Below are positions 1 through 15,880 of a stretch of DNA of 64,000 bases, piece after piece (the first letter of the stretch is position 1; each line of letters begins with the position of its first letter). The DNA lies in NCBI RefSeq assembly GCF_036321535.1, contig NC_087437.1, forward strand, positions 66,528,001 through 66,592,000, in the 5' to 3' direction. The DNA comes from Camelus dromedarius. Its lineage: Eukaryota. A program made the position numbers and the translations under genes. The notes under the pieces were generated by a model. The model was not told the origin of the DNA and did no database searches. It saw nothing but the letters and a program-made list of their open reading frames with translations.

Positions 1-21
1 TTGTCTTCCAGACAAGAATTA

Positions 22-258
<237 letters not shown>

Positions 259-1011
259 TCATTTAGAATTATTGATAAGGTGTACCTCATATAATTGAAT
301 TGTCCCTGAAATACAAAGCAAATTTCTATATCATTAACTTATACTCTTGGTGTCTTAGATTATAAAAAAAGAAATGCATTCTAAAATGAAAACATTGCCC
401 CACAAAAAAGTAATACATTCCACAATGATCAACAAAAAAAATTAGCGATCACATGATACATGGCAGCACCATTGTAAAGCAGATGTACACCAGATTATCA
501 TTCTCTGCTCTGGAGATGGTCAGCCAGAGCTACAAGTTCAATGGTGTGACCGTAATCTTGGTCATATGATACTTAAACCTGTCAATTAAAATTTAAATAA
601 TTTAAATAAGCCTCTCTTGGACTTTATAACAGATACAAACTTCTTCATCAATTTATCCCCTAGTTACCCATCCCCTTGCCCACTAGTTTCCTAGTATTTC
701 TTCATAAAGGGCTGATTTCATTATATATTTCTTGTTTGCTTCAAAAACCTGATATAAAAGGTTTTTTGATTTCATTTTTGTATAACTTTGGTTATTAGTG
801 ACATTAAACATGTTTAAATGTTTAGTAGCTTATTGACTTTACTCCTTGATAAACTGTTGTATAGGGTATCTGTATATTTACTTCGGTCTTAGCAGTTTTT
901 ATTGGTTTCTATGAACTTATAATATTAATAATATTAAACATATAATTGCTATTATTGCAAGTATTTTATTAGTTTTTAATCTAAATGGCTATATTTTATA
1001 TGTTTAATTTA

Positions 1012-1377
<366 letters not shown>

Positions 1378-1469
1378 TCACCGCAGCCAGAACATAACAC
1401 TGAAAACAGATCTGTCATCTGTGTGGCCCAGGCTGTCATGGACAGGTGGGCATGACAGAAGCTGAATCA

Positions 1470-1679
<210 letters not shown>

Positions 1680-3211
1680 TCAAGGAAATGACAAAACATA
1701 CAGAAGTATACGGCCTCTCAAACAGGGCATTCTGCTAGAAAGGAAACACCTGCCACAAACAGGACCTTCCTTTGGGGCTGATATATTCGTGTATCTTAAA
1801 AGCCACTCTGGCCTAAGTGTGACAGATGAATTGGAGATCTGGGGGTGGCAACTCAGTGTGGAGTATCCATATCATAGGAATATGTTCAAATGTGGCTCTG
1901 GAGCACGAAGAAGAGATGCCAGGGAGACGGGGTGAGAAAGAACTCTCCGGGCAGATGGTCCTAAATGAACAGCAAAATGTGTGTGCACAGTTCCAGGTTG
2001 GCTGGTATTGCTGGAAGGTTAAGCAAAGGAAGGCGTGAGAGAAAATGAGGTGGTGGCACGCGCCCTCAAGTGGTGAATGTGAAAACAGCAGCGTCTGACA
2101 CATGGATGCTCAGTCTCCGTTTCCCTTCCCCTCACTTCGCCTTGTTCTCCCAGGACCACCTTGTTCATGTGTATACAACCATGCACATCTTCCTTCCAAA
2201 CATGTACCTCCAGCCCAGATATTTCTGAACCAGAATTTGTCTACTGGAATCTCCAACTAACCCCTGACAACCTCAAAAAAAACAAAAAAACAAAAACACC
2301 CATTTTGTTCCCCTAGAAATCTAACCCTTCTCTTACATCTTCTTTCCTCCTCTAATGATTCCTCCTCTAAAACACTTCTTGCATCACTTCCTGAGCTCAT
2401 GTTTTTGTCATCTCTCTCCTGACTTGGACTCTAGTTGCTAGTCTAGTCTCTTCTCTTTGCAATCTTTTCCCCACAGAGATGTCAAGATTTTCCTCCCTAA
2501 AATAGAGATTTGAACATTTTACTCCTACTTTAAAATCCATACAATAATTCATTGTCACTCATTTGTCAAGTGTTTATTAATACATTATTCATACATATGC
2601 CAGGCAGGGAACAAACAATGATGGACAAGATAAAACACATTTTCTCAAGAAGCGCTGGTCTAGTGAAGCAGGCATTTAAAGCAATATTTACAACACAAGG
2701 AGACAGATACCAGGCCAGAAGAATGAAAAGACTTGTGTGGGAGAAGACACAGCAGAGCCCTTCTTCTGGCACTATTTCCAGGTGATCAAAGGGAAGGAGA
2801 AGGATGGTGGGGAAAGCTTCCTTAGAGCAGCCATTAACCCAGTACTTGAGGATAAACATGGATTGAGATTAGCCACACAGACAAGCAAGAAGTATGGCCT
2901 CAGCAGATGGAGCTGAATGATCAACTCAAAAGGACAGAGCAAACACGTCATACCAGTGGAGCTTCTCACAGTGAATACACATGAGAGGGTGGGGAAGCAG
3001 CAACAGGTGAATATGGAGATGTTCAAATGTACAAAAATAAGCACACCCATCAGTCACCTTTCTTGCTAGAGCTGGAAATTCTAGGTTCAATTCTCAACTT
3101 CATCACTTACGTCAATTTCTTCATTCATCAAATGGACATAGTAATAGTACCCATCTCCTAAGGTTGTTGTGAATATTAAATGAGTTAATGTACATATACA
3201 ATGTACTAGAA

Positions 3212-3395
3212 CAGTAGCTCTCAAACTTGAGCATTAGTCAAAAACTGGAGGACTTGCTATAACACGAACTGCTGCGGCCACCCCCCTGATTCAGGAGGTC
3301 TGGGATGGGGCCTGAGAATGTGCATTTCTAATGAGTTCCCAGGCATTGCTGATGCTGCTGGCCTGTGGACTACACTCTGAGAACGACTGGCTTGG
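3212..3395. mobile_element. MER5A-like hAT-Charlie DNA transposon relic
   Basis: CAGTAGCTCTCAAACTT...CACTCTGAGAACGACTG termini and the internal GGGCCTGAGAATGTGCATTTCTAA motif. Confidence 0.75.
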
Positions 3396-4863
3396 AACTT
3401 GGCTCTAGCACGAAATAAGCACCCTGTTAAGTATTGCATGCCCTATGCATACCATCATTATCGTCACCATCACTGGCTGATCATCTACGTAATGGCTTTC
3501 TACTCACCCTTCAATACCCAGCTCTTCTAGTAGCTTTTCCAAACCCTCAACCACCTCAAATAGAATGAACTCTTGTCCTGCCTGGGTTCTCCTAGCACTT
3601 TGTATAGAGAGAATCATCTGAAGACCCTGCCTGAGAGCTGTTGGTCTGAAGGTCTTTTGCTCCATCCTCGCCCACCTGCTCCCCCTCCCACTCCTCACTC
3701 CCTGTTCCAATGGATCACAAGGAACTCTGTCTTCCTGTTCATTCCTATTTCCCCAACTCATAACACAGAGCCTGGCATGTAGGAGGGACTCAAGCTGTTT
3801 ATTAAAATTAACCTCAGTTTAACCAAAGTACCCACTTTCTCAGGTGATGTCTTCACTCTGGCCAGTTACATTTTTAATGTCCTCCTGACAAGAATATACC
3901 TCTTCAAAGTGCAGCAATAAACTCAAATTTCTGCAGACAGGATTGGGTATCTGACCCCTACTTTGCCCCAAACACTATTTTCTATTAAATTGTAAGCTTT
4001 TACCAAACATCAGTCTGCATTCATGATTAATCAGAAGGTGTTGCCAAAAGATACACATATTTTGGATTCAGAACCACACGGAGTCCCCCACTTTCTTGTG
4101 TGTCAGCACACTGTCCGGGGCTTAGTAGCACTGCTACGAGCAGCGAAGTGCCTCAGCGCAGCCCAGAACAAAGGACACCCTCAACAACCCTTCCTTTCCT
4201 TCTTGCTTGGGAGCTATAATTTTTCAGTTCTCATCATTTCTCTGTATTCCAGAGACAACCTCATTATTGAAAATATGTCAGTTAAAATGACTGAAAATTC
4301 AACCAGAAATACCTCAGCACATTGTTATTTATGTAGTGTGAGCTCATCTCTTAATTAAAGAATTCTACAATTGGTCTTTTAAATAGAAAATGCCCATTAG
4401 CTAGAATCCAATGTGTCCTGACTGTGAATTCAGCACCAGAGGGAAGAGAGACAGGGTCAGCTAGGCGGTTGTTTGATGGATGGGAGGAGGGCCAGCATCT
4501 AGGGACCCCGGCCCTGGGAAGGAACAGAAAGGGACTGCTTGAGAGACATTTTGCAGAAATCAGTGGGATTCTGTGACAGTCTAGATAAGACACTAAAGAG
4601 AAAAGGGAAGGGAAGAATCAGAGACGCCTGGAGGAACTGTTCAATCTGGGGTCCACAGCGAACTGCACACACAAAGAAGGCATTTTACATTTTTACATTA
4701 TTGGAGAGAAAATTATAGAGCAATTGCTCCTGAAAGCTTCCTAATTCTACAGATTAAGGATTGCTTTTAAATCCATACATTTTGGGAAAATGCTCTACAA
4801 ATAAAAAGTATTAACATTACTCCTGCCAGTGCAGGAGCAGTTGTCTGGGTGACTGAGAACCTA

Positions 4864-5064
<201 letters not shown>

Positions 5065-5494
5065 TTAGAAACACATGGACAAATTCAAGTACCTACCAGT
5101 ATTTAGTCTACTCCCTTTCAGTTCCTGTCCTCTTTAAATTAAAGGGTTATGATACTATGAAATATTAGGAAATATGAGATGTGCCTCATAGCTTGTTGTC
5201 TGTGCCCTGCACTGTCTCGTGTTAGTAATTCAGCCAAAAGACATTTTAGTTGCATGTAAGAGGCTAGAACATATTTGAAGATATTGTGTGATTATTAAAT
5301 AATCACACCATGGAATGTCCTATATTGGACAAATTCATATTTTGAAATACTAAAAAAAAAATCAAAATAACTTGCAGAAGGTCACAGCTACTAAGTGTTG
5401 AAACTCAGGACTTGAACAGGGCAACCTGACCCTCGTGGTCTTATGTACTACACTATACTTCTATAATAAACGCACATATGAAACAAAAATGAAC

Positions 5495-7050
5495 TATACA
5501 GACAAGCCCAAGGCTAACATCATACTCAACAGTGAAAGGTTGAAAGCTTTTACTCTAAGATAAGGAATAAGACAAGATGTCCATTCTCACCACTCCTATT
5601 TAGTACAGTGCTGGAAGTCCTCGCCAGAGAAATCAGGCAAGAAAAAGAAATAAAAAGGCATCCAAATCAGAACAGAAGTAAAATCACCTCCGTTTGCAGA
5701 TGACATGATCTTATACATAGAAAACTCTAATAAGACTCTATCAAAAAACTGTTGAACTAATAAATTCAGTAAGGTTGCAAGATACAAAATCAATATACAA
5801 AAATTTGTTGTGTTTGTATACATAAACAATGAACTATCTAAAAAAAGAAATAAAGAAAACTATTCCATTTACAATACTGTGGAAAAACAATAAAATACTT
5901 AGGAATAAATTTAAGCAAAGAGGTGAAAAATCTGTACACTAAAAAATATAAAACATAGATGAAAAAAATTGAAGAAAACTTATGTAAATGAAAAATATTC
6001 CATGTTCATGGACTAGAAAAACTAATAATATTATTAAAATGCTCCTACTACCCAAAGCCCTACATAGACTCATCCCTATCAAGATTCCAGTGGCATTTTT
6101 CACAGAAAGAGAAAAAACAATCCTAAAATTCATATGGAACTATAAAAGACCCTAAGTAGCCAAAGCACTGTTAAGAAAGAACAAAGCTGGAAGAATCATA
6201 CTTCTTGATTTCGAACTTTACAAAGCTGTAGTAATCAAAACAGTATAGTACTGGCATGAGGACAGACACGTAGACCAATGGAATAGAATAAAGAGCCCAG
6301 AAATAAACCCACACATATACAGTCACCTAATATTTGACAAGGGAGCCAAGAATACTGAATAGGGAAAAGACAGTCTCTTCAATAAGTGGTGCTGGGAAAG
6401 CTGAGTATTCACATGTAGAAGAATGACACTGGATCCCTGTCATACATTTCTCACAAAAATTAACTGAAGATGGATGAATGACTTTAATGTAAAACTCTTA
6501 GAAGAAAACTTAAGGGAAAAGCTCCTTGATATTGGTCTTGGCGATGGTATTTTGGCTCTGACACCAAGAGCACGAGCAACAAAAGCAAAAATAAACAAAT
6601 TGGTCTATATCAAACTAAAAAGCTTCTGCACAGCAAAATGAAAAGGCAACCTATGAAATAAGAGAGAATATTTGCAAACCATGTATCTAATAAGGGGTTA
6701 ATATCCTAAATATATTAGGAACATATACAGCTCAACAGCAGAAAACAATGTGATTTAAAAATGGGTGAAAGGACTCACAGAGACAGAAAACAAGCTTATG
6801 GTTACCAGGTAGGGAAGGGGATGGGAAGGGATAAATTGGGAGTTTGAGATTTGCAGATACTAAATAATATGTATAAAATAGATCAGCAAGTTTATACTGT
6901 ATAGCACAGGGAACTATATTCACTATCTTGTAGTAACTTTTGGTGAAAAAGAATATGAAAATTGAATATCGAAAATCCTGTATCAAATCATCATGAACAT
7001 CTTAAACTTATGTTATATGTCAATTGTATCTTAATAAAGCTAGGAAAAAG
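5495..7050 (+). mobile_element. LINE-1 ORF2 fragment joined to L1 3' UTR
   Basis: RT-region sequence (TTTGCAGATGACATGATC = FADDM at ~5693) followed by later ORF2; jumps at ~6775 to the GGGATAAATTGGGAGTTTG 3'UTR. Confidence 0.9.
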
Positions 7051-7964
7051 GAACTATAAACAAAATACAGTATTGTTTTTATTTAACATTTGCATATGTG
7101 GTATTTAGATTGCTTCTTATTTTTTGGATTACACACAATAATGCTGCAACAAACCTCCTAGTACCTGTCTCATTATGCCCATATGTGAGTTTCTCTAGGA
7201 CCCTTAAGAAGTAACTAGAGCCTAGCAGCTAAGATCATAAAATACAATCATTTATGTTTCTGAATATTGCCAAATTTGCCCCCAGGAAGCATATTTTTGC
7301 TCAAGCCTTCTGAGAGTCCCCTGACCCTCTCCCACAGTCCATGCTGCCTGACCTTAGCTGATTTCTGTAGTCCTTACAAGTATTTAGTGGTTCATAGATT
7401 TTATATATATATTAGTTTCACTGAGAATGGAATTTGTGGGAATTGTTCTTGGTGCTTTTATATACTTTCTGAGAGAAGAAAAGCTGCTAATTTACACAAG
7501 CATGGTTATACTAGGAGTAGGGATTTGGATTACAAGGACTTGAAAGTATAAAATGCTTGTGAGAGAAATAATACCTCTTGAAGCATACATCTTCCCATTT
7601 ATAAACACGGTGTGCCTCTCTTTTTGTCAAATCTTTATATGCTTGAGGAACAATTTATACTTTTCTCCATAAATGCCTTGCACATGTTTTTACTAAGGGG
7701 TCCCTAGGTACTTTGCTATTTGTTGCTATTGAGAATATGATTTTTTCAAAAATATTTCTAATTACACATCACCCATACACAGGAAAATTACCAATATTTG
7801 TATGCCAATTTCATAATAAGTTACCTTGTTGAACTCAGGTTCTTAGTTCTGATAATTTATTTTATTTGATTTTCTAAATGAGCACATTGTCTGCAAATAA
7901 AGATTGTTTTGCTTCTTTCTAATCCTCATACCTTGTTTTTCTTCTCTTATCTCACTGCATCGAC

Positions 7965-8185
7965 TCAACATTTCTCAGCCACGATGCTATTACAGCCATA
8001 TTGGGCAAACAATTTTTTGTTGTATGAGACTGCCCCATGGAGGGCAGGATGTTTAGTATCCATGCCAGCCTACCTCCCCCAAACTCACCTCATGTGCCTA
8101 ATCATTATTATGCACAAAAATGCCACCCAAGTTTCCAAATGTCCCTGGGGGCAATGGGTCATAGCCTAGTTTAATAAGCTCTGGG
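7965..8185. mobile_element. MER20-like DNA transposon relic
   Basis: GCAGGATGTTTAGTATCC and CCAAATGTCCCTGGGGGCAA motifs. Confidence 0.6.
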
Positions 8186-9309
8186 CTAGAATCTTCTCTG
8201 CATTGCTAAATAATAGTGGTGATGAAGCAATCACTATCTTGTTTTTTTACTTTAAGGACAAAGCTTCTCGAGTTTCACCTTTAGTTTTATGTTTATTGAA
8301 GATAACCTTTATTAAGTTACTAAAATTTCCTTCTGATCTCAGCTTATTTAGAGTTCATAATACGAACGAGGGTTGAGTGTTGTCAAACAGTACTTTTGCT
8401 GCATCTATTGAAGGCCGATACAGAACAAACGGGTTGGCTGTGTTCTATGAAAACCTGTTTAGGGTCACTGAAATTTTCATTTCATACAATTTTCACATGT
8501 CGCAAAATAGTAGGGTATTTTCCATCCATTTTTAAATGTAAACATCATCCTTAGCTTGCAGGCCATATTTTAAAAGGCAATACGCCAACTTGGCCTGTGG
8601 ACCATAGTTTGCCAATCCTGATCGAGAGTTTTAATACTTGCTTCTTGTTTAAAAAAAAAAAATCATTAAAAAAACTCAACACTTAAAATTTTTAATTGCA
8701 TATTTTTCTCTTTTTTGCTCATCATGTTCTTAAACCTTGCTTCTTCCTTTTGGGTTTGTTTTTCTTCTTGTTGAAGTATGTCCTTTTATCCTTCTTTTAA
8801 TCAGATTAATAGGTAACATCTATATAATGGTGATTTGCATGCTAAGCACTGGTCTAAGCACATTACTAAATGAATGCAATTAATCTTTGCAATATTCTAT
8901 GAGCTAGACCTATGAAACGTGATATCCTATGAAAGTGTCTTTATTTTGCCTTCACTCCTGAATAACAGTTTGGCTGGTATAAAAATTCTAAGTTCGGAAA
9001 TACTTTCCCACAGCACTTTAAAGATAGTACTATAAAATGTCAATCTGGTTTTTGTTCCTTTGTGGATAATCTGATTTTTCTCTCCAAACACTTTTGCAAT
9101 TTTTTCTTTTCTTTTATTATGAGATGTGAAGTTAAAAAAACATATCCTGTCTACTGCTCAATGGAATTTTTCAACCTGTGGGCTCATGCCTTTCTTCAGT
9201 TCTGGGAAATTCTCAGCCATTATTTTTTCTTGCATTGCTTCTCCACCATTCTCTCTACTCTGAATTTCTGGATCTTCTGCTCCTATTCCCCGTGGTGCTT
9301 CCCTTTACT

Positions 9310-9413
9310 CTCTTTCTCTTTCTCTTTCTCTTTCTCTTTCTCTTTCTCTTTCTCTTTCTCTTTCCCTTTCCCTTTCCCCTTCCCCTTCTCCTTCTCATTA
9401 TTATTATTATTAT
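9310..9413 (+). repeat. Compound (TTTCTC)n(TTTCCC)n(TTA)n microsatellite
   Basis: Directly visible; forms the tail of the minus-strand L1 next to it. Confidence 0.95.
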
Positions 9414-10655
9414 TTAAATTGAAATATAGTCAGTTACAATGTGTCGATTTCTGGTGTACAGAATAACATTTCAGTCATACAAATACACACATATATTCAT
9501 TTTCATATTTTTTTCATTCTAGGTTACAACAAGATATTGAATATATCCTGTGCTATACAGAAGAAATTTGTGCTTTTTAATTTATTTTACATATAGTAGT
9601 TAATATTTGCAAGTCTCGAGCTCCCAATTTATCCTGTCCCACCCCTTCCCCCACCTAGTAACCATAAGTTTGTTCACTATGTCTGTGAGTCTGTTTCTGT
9701 TTTGTAGTTAAGTTCATTAATGTCTTCTTTTTTTTTTTTTTTTTTTAGATACCACATATGAGTGATATATCATATGGTATTCTTCTTTCTCTTTCTGGCT
9801 TACTTCACTTAGAATGAAGATCTCCAGATCCACCTATGTTGCTGCAAATGCCATTATTTTATTCTTTTTTATGACTGAGTAGTATTCAATTATATAAATA
9901 TACCACAGCTTCTTTATGCAGTCCTCTGTCAATGGACATTTAGGTTGTTTGTATGTCTTGGCTATTGTACATAGTGCTGCTATGAACTTTGGGGTGCATG
10001 TATCTTTTTGATTAGAGTTCCCTCTGGATATATGCCCAGGAGTGGGATTGCTCGATCATATGGTAAGTACCCTAAAAGCTCCACACAAAAACTACCAGAG
10101 CTGATAAAAGAACTCAGCAAGGTAGCAGGATACAAGATTAACATACAGAAATCAGCTGCATTTTTCTTTACACTAACAATGAAATATGAGAAAAGAAAAT
10201 AAAGAAACAATCCCTTTCAAAATCGCATCCAAAAAAATAAGATACTTAGGAATAAATCTGACCAAGGAGGTGAAAGACTTATATGCAGAGGACTACAAAA
10301 CACTGATTAAGGAAATTAAAGATGACTTAAAGAAATGGAAAGATATCCCATGCTCTTGGATTGGAAGAATCAATATCGTTATGGCCATACTGCCCAAGGC
10401 AATCTACAGATTTAATGTGATCCCTATCAAATTACCCTGGACATTTTTCACAGGAGTAGAACAAATAATCCTAAAATGTATATGGAATCATAGAAGACCC
10501 AGAATTGCAAAGCAATACTGAAGAAAAAGAACAAAGCTGGAGGAATAACCCTCCTGGACTTAATACTACAGAGCTATAGTAATCACAACAGCATAGTATT
10601 GGCACAAAACCAGACACATGGGTCAAGGGAACAGAATAGAAAGCCCAAATATAAA
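9310..10655 (-). mobile_element. 5'-inverted LINE-1 insertion nested in an older L1
   Basis: Minus-strand 3'UTR/late ORF2 at 9414-10067 joined head-to-head to plus-strand ORF2 at ~10068-10655 (ORF 10186..10521); CCCTTTACT repeated at 9301 and 10656. Confidence 0.85.
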
Positions 10656-12087
10656 CCCTTTACTTCTATCTTACTTACGTTTATCTTACTCTGCACCTCA
10701 GTATGTTGCATTCTGGAATATTTGTTCATTTTATCTTTCTACTCACTAATTTGCTCTTCAGCTCTGTCTAGTTTACTACTGAGCTCATTTTATTTCAAAC
10801 TTTATAGATAAGCTTGCCACATTCTCCTTCCCAATGATTCCAGTTGGTTCTTTATCATAGTTTTATTGTTGCTATTTCTTCCTTTACCTCTTTAAGGATA
10901 TAAAAAGTACTTTCTATACCCTTTTCAAATTGCTCTGTTTGCTCAGGAATTTATTCTTCCATTTTCTTTATGTTCCATGGCTCATTCCTGCTGTCTGCAT
11001 TCCTTGGATGCTTTGTGATTCCTGGGCTGAGATCATCCTCAGATTTCTCTCCTGAGCATCCTGGGCAGTAGCATTCTTTGACCTGGCAAGAGGGACAGCT
11101 CCTGGTCTCATTCTTTAGAGCTCTGCACATCATTATAGGGTGAGGAGTCCAAGGGACTATGCCTCCCTAGAGCTACTCCTGCCCTTAGAGACCCTGGAAT
11201 TCCTTGCACAAATGGTCCCAAGCCCACATCCAAAGTCTACATGGGCTTTTTCCCAGGATTCAGACTCTTGAGGGAAGGTTATATGTTGCTATTTGTTCAT
11301 ACTTAAGCCCCAGGGGTGGCCAAGTGGTAGCTGTTTGCAGGGATGTGTACACAGAAAATGGAAGAGCAATCACATGCAAGCATGACAGGCCCCTCGTGAT
11401 GTGGAACAGAGCCAGACGAAAGGCAGGCCACGGGCAGCCTCTTCCATTGCTGCCACGTTCCAGTACGCAATCCCAAGGAGTCTAAGAATTTTAAATGTAA
11501 ACTTGTCCTTTCAATTTTTTTATAAAGATTTATTTGTGAAAAATATAGGACATATTTTACCAAAGAGATATTAGCTTGATTTATAATTTTTTAAAATATC
11601 TATATGTATAGTATGTGGGCCTCCATTTGAACCTCTACCCAGGGCCTCACCAACAAGGAAGTAGGCCTGACTCATGGAGGTTTTTATTAATACTTCAACC
11701 CCAGGGCTGCCAGGGGCCAGGCTCCAGACTGGGCCTTTGTCTGGTGAAGCATTTCTGAGCCTGTACCTACATCTCTTGTTTTAGAGGGCCTGGCTCCGTT
11801 CCTCCTGCAGCTCAACGCTAAGCCTTTATCACACCAAGAGGTAGAGCCCAAGGCGCCAGGCAGGAGGACTTGGCTTAGACTAGGAGAATTTCTGCCCGCT
11901 TCAGTCAACACAGGTAACACAGGTCTGCCCCCCACCGTTCAGAGTCCCTGCTCAGCACCACAGGTTCCCAGCTATTTCTTTCTTTTAGGGAGAAGGCTTC
12001 ACTTGTAGATTATGGAAGTCTCCTTCCTTGTTAAGGGTGGCTATTAATTTTTTTAAGTTCTTTTAAATGTCTTTGTATTAGTTTTTA

Positions 12088-12240
12088 TCTTTATTTATTT
12101 ATTTATTATTTTTTTGAGGGGTAATTAGGTTTGTTTGTTTGTTTGTTTATTTATTTATTTTTAATGGAGGTACTGGCGATTGAACCCAGGACCTTGTGCA
12201 TGCTAAGCACGCACCCTACCACTGAGCTATACCCTTCCCC
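12088..12240 (-). mobile_element. tRNA-derived SINE (camelid Vic-1-like)
   Basis: Minus strand GGGGAAGGGTATAGCTCAGTGGTAG...GGTTCAATC (A and B boxes), then (TAAA/CAAA)n CCTAATTACC and an A-rich tail. Confidence 0.85.
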
Positions 12241-13281
12241 TTTATTTTTATAATCTATTTTTTAATGTGTTCAGAGCAGAGGGAAAGATTTCAACATGTT
12301 TTTAATCTGTCATCTAGGCCTGCACGTAGAGCCTCTGCTTTAAAGTGCAGGTGCCAAGAATGTTTAATCTGGATTCATAAAGTGAGCCAAGAAACAAGAA
12401 TCCAAGCTAGAACTCAGATATGAACATCCTCTTTGCCTGTGACGCAGACTTGATCACAGCAATCCATTACAACAGGGAAACAAAAGTAATCTTTTAATAA
12501 AAATCATTACAGGGTACCACCTTATCTCCATGGCCTTAAAGGGGTCAGCCTCTCTGGTCCTCAATTTCCCAGCTACAATCAAATGAGTTCAGTATGCTAA
12601 TGCCCAGTAATTTCTAAAGGCCCCTCCTCTTAGTGAGCTGTATAGTTTCCACATAATAAGGGCCTAGACCAGAGTAAACTTCTACAAATATATATATGTA
12701 GATGCATGACTGGGACATTGTGCTGTACACCAGAAACTGACACATTGTAACTGACTGTACTTCAATTAAAAAAAAAAAAAAGTGAATTTCTGAGCCTGGA
12801 AGATATTAGCATTCAGAGATGATATCAAAAGAAATCATCCAAATCATTCAATAAGGTATGTAAGAGAGCCTTGATAAATTACAAGATATTTTAGCAAAGT
12901 AAGATCCTATTATTACATATGTTGGAATATACATTCAGTATTATACACTCAAAAAAAGTTTACATGTAAAGAAGGAGTATGAATTGCTCAGTGAAAAGAA
13001 GCTGATTCACTGGAAGAAAAAGTGAGTGGAAGGAGGTGAGTTGTCAGTAAGTAACCATAAAATTAAGCCAAAATATAACTTCAGCTTCAGGGGAAAAGTA
13101 CAAGCCTCTGTACAGTGAAAAGGGTATATTTCTCTTTGAACAAATCTATCAGAAATAGTATGAGTCTATGAAGCAGCTCTACTGAGCAAGACATTTTAAA
13201 TAGCAATACTGTAAACCACAGTTGCCTCTGTGTGCATCACACCCAAGACCTCAGGAGCACTTGTGGTTCTCAGGACTGTCA

Positions 13282-13509
<228 letters not shown>

Positions 13510-15694
13510 TTATTTAAAAAGTTAAAACCAGATATAACCACTTAGAATGTGATATAATCAAGTAGAAATAAATCCTTAAGCTGCACTAAGTCCATTCCCC
13601 CTTTAAATATTGACAAGCACAAAGTTATGAATCCTTGTAACCAGGATTATGTCCAGTAATCTTGAGAGAATTTCCTTGTTATTCTCACATCTGACAAGAA
13701 ACTGAAGGGGTATAAAAACCTAGGTCTACTCACAAAAGTTCCTATTTGTGTATCACTGGACAGGGTTGCAATATAGAGCTATGAAAGGTAAGTTCTAGGA
13801 TATCATACAGTTACTTCTGAACCTGTTCAGAGTTAACACTTCCCTGGTTTCTTTCTTCTCTGCTTTTAGTTACCCACCCAATTTTAGCTATGTGCCTCTA
13901 GAAATGTAGGAGCAGAGAAGAGAGAAGAAATGCTTTCTGATTTAAAAAAAAAAAATGCAAGCCTCATCCTAAATAAATGATTCCATAATTAATGCTAGGA
14001 ATCACTTGTTTAACCATGTGGAAAATTACCTCATCCTTTGTACAAAAATTAATTCCAGATATTTTAAAGTATTTAATGTAAAAATGAGACTATAAAAATG
14101 CTAATAGGAAGCATAAGTAAATACTCATATCATCTTTGAGTAAGTCTTTTTAAACACGGCTCAGAAGACAAACTATAAAAGGAAATAATCAATAGAATTA
14201 AGGTTAAGTTGACACTTTCATACCTCAAAATATCATAAACAAATTTTAAATGTGAATGGCACACTTGGAAATAGGCTTTGCAACATATGTGATAAATAGT
14301 TAAACAGCGTTTGTATGTAAAATGCCCTTGTAAATCGGTAAGACAGTTAAAAAGCCACAGAGAAATGGGTAAAAGATACTTTAAAAAAACAAAAAGAGTA
14401 ACAATCATATGAAAAGATAATGAATATAACTAGTAATCGAAGAAAAGTAAACCAAACAGCAAGATGCCATTTTATTACATCACATAAGCAGAGACTTAAA
14501 AGGTTGAAAATGCCTAGCATTGATGAGGTTATGAAGAAACAGGCCTTCTCATAAACTGTTGATGGAAATACAAACAGGTACAACCTAACAGGCAACTTAT
14601 CAATACATATCAAACCCTTAAAATACCCTTTTGCCCCAGCAATTGTAATTTTAGGAATTTATTGTAGGAAATACTTCAACAAGTATGCAAAGATATATGC
14701 AACATGTTTATAAAGTCTCATTTATAACAATAAAATGCTACGAACATTTTTTAATGGCCAATTTTTTTTAAAAAATGGTTATAACATGAGGTCATCAGGC
14801 ATCAACCTTGGACCCACTGTTTTCACTTTTGTTTTTCTCATTCTGTCTATTTTCAAGGGCAGAAAAAAATTTTAATTCACTTAAAAATTCACTTACATGC
14901 CTACCCTTATACATAATTTCTAAAACAATAATATGATGGCACATAAGCTTTAATATTTTAGTGCAGCGTTTTGTTTTGAGTTTCCTTCCCTCAATCCCTT
15001 TTTTTCCTTACCCCTCCACACACAGCAGTCCTTTCTCCATATATCCAAGATCTAAGACATAGCCCTGAAGTACTTCTTCCATATTTTTTTCCACACCTAT
15101 TTCCTACATTGACACTAATATACACAAATACAGTGTTATTTTATTGTTTGACTAACATGAACTCATATTATAAATACATTTTTGAATCTTGCTTTTTTGA
15201 CTCAACAAGAATTCATGGAAATCTTTCCCAATCTACTCATGTGGCTCTTAAAAAAAAAAAGTTACAAATTTAAATAATTATCATCAGTAGAATTGCTTTT
15301 AAAAAATGGCACATCCATAATGAATTTATCCAGCTATTAAAAGTAACAAGGTAATCTATATGCAGGAACAACCAAAAATGTCTATGATCCAATATAAAGT
15401 AGAAAAAAGAACACTATAAAGCAATAGGTATAATAGGAGAACATTTTTATGTTTTTTAAAACTGTGCTATTACGCATAGAAAAATGCCTGGATAGATATA
15501 CAATAACAGCAATTATTTCTGGATACTAGGATTAAAGAGAGAATTTTTTTCATGCTTATAGTTTTCTGAATTTTCTAACTTTTTTTTAACCTGGACATGT
15601 ACTATTTTTAAAATAAGAAAAAAAAATACAGCCACTTCCATTTAAAATAAATCATTTTTTTCTAGTTGGTAGAAGAATTGGTTAAACAAAAAAA

Positions 15695-15880
15695 TAACTA
15701 CAAGGACCTACTGTATAGCACATGGAAGTATATTCAATGTCTTGTAATGAGCTATAAGGGAAAAGAATATGAAAATATACATATATATATGTATATGTAT
15801 AACTGAATCACTTTGCAGTACACCTGAAATGAACATTGTAAATCAACTACACTTCAATAAAAAATAAAATTAAAAAACCC
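15695..15880 (+). mobile_element. Short L1 3'-end insertion
   Basis: CTGTATAGCAC...AATCACTTTGCAGTACACCTGAAA...CTTCAATAAAAAA; the same 3'UTR occurs at 12690-12780 and 23220-23460. Confidence 0.8.

Noticed and set aside
9062..9466. ORFs with (FS)n/(FL)n and, at 17407-17762, (HT)n repeats
   Set aside because: Translations of microsatellites inside L1 sequence.
12160..12240. tRNA-like sequence (also 18430-18506)
   Set aside because: Has A/B boxes but continues into a SINE body with an A-rich tail (and a clear TSD at the 18365-18506 copy); it is a SINE, not a tRNA gene.
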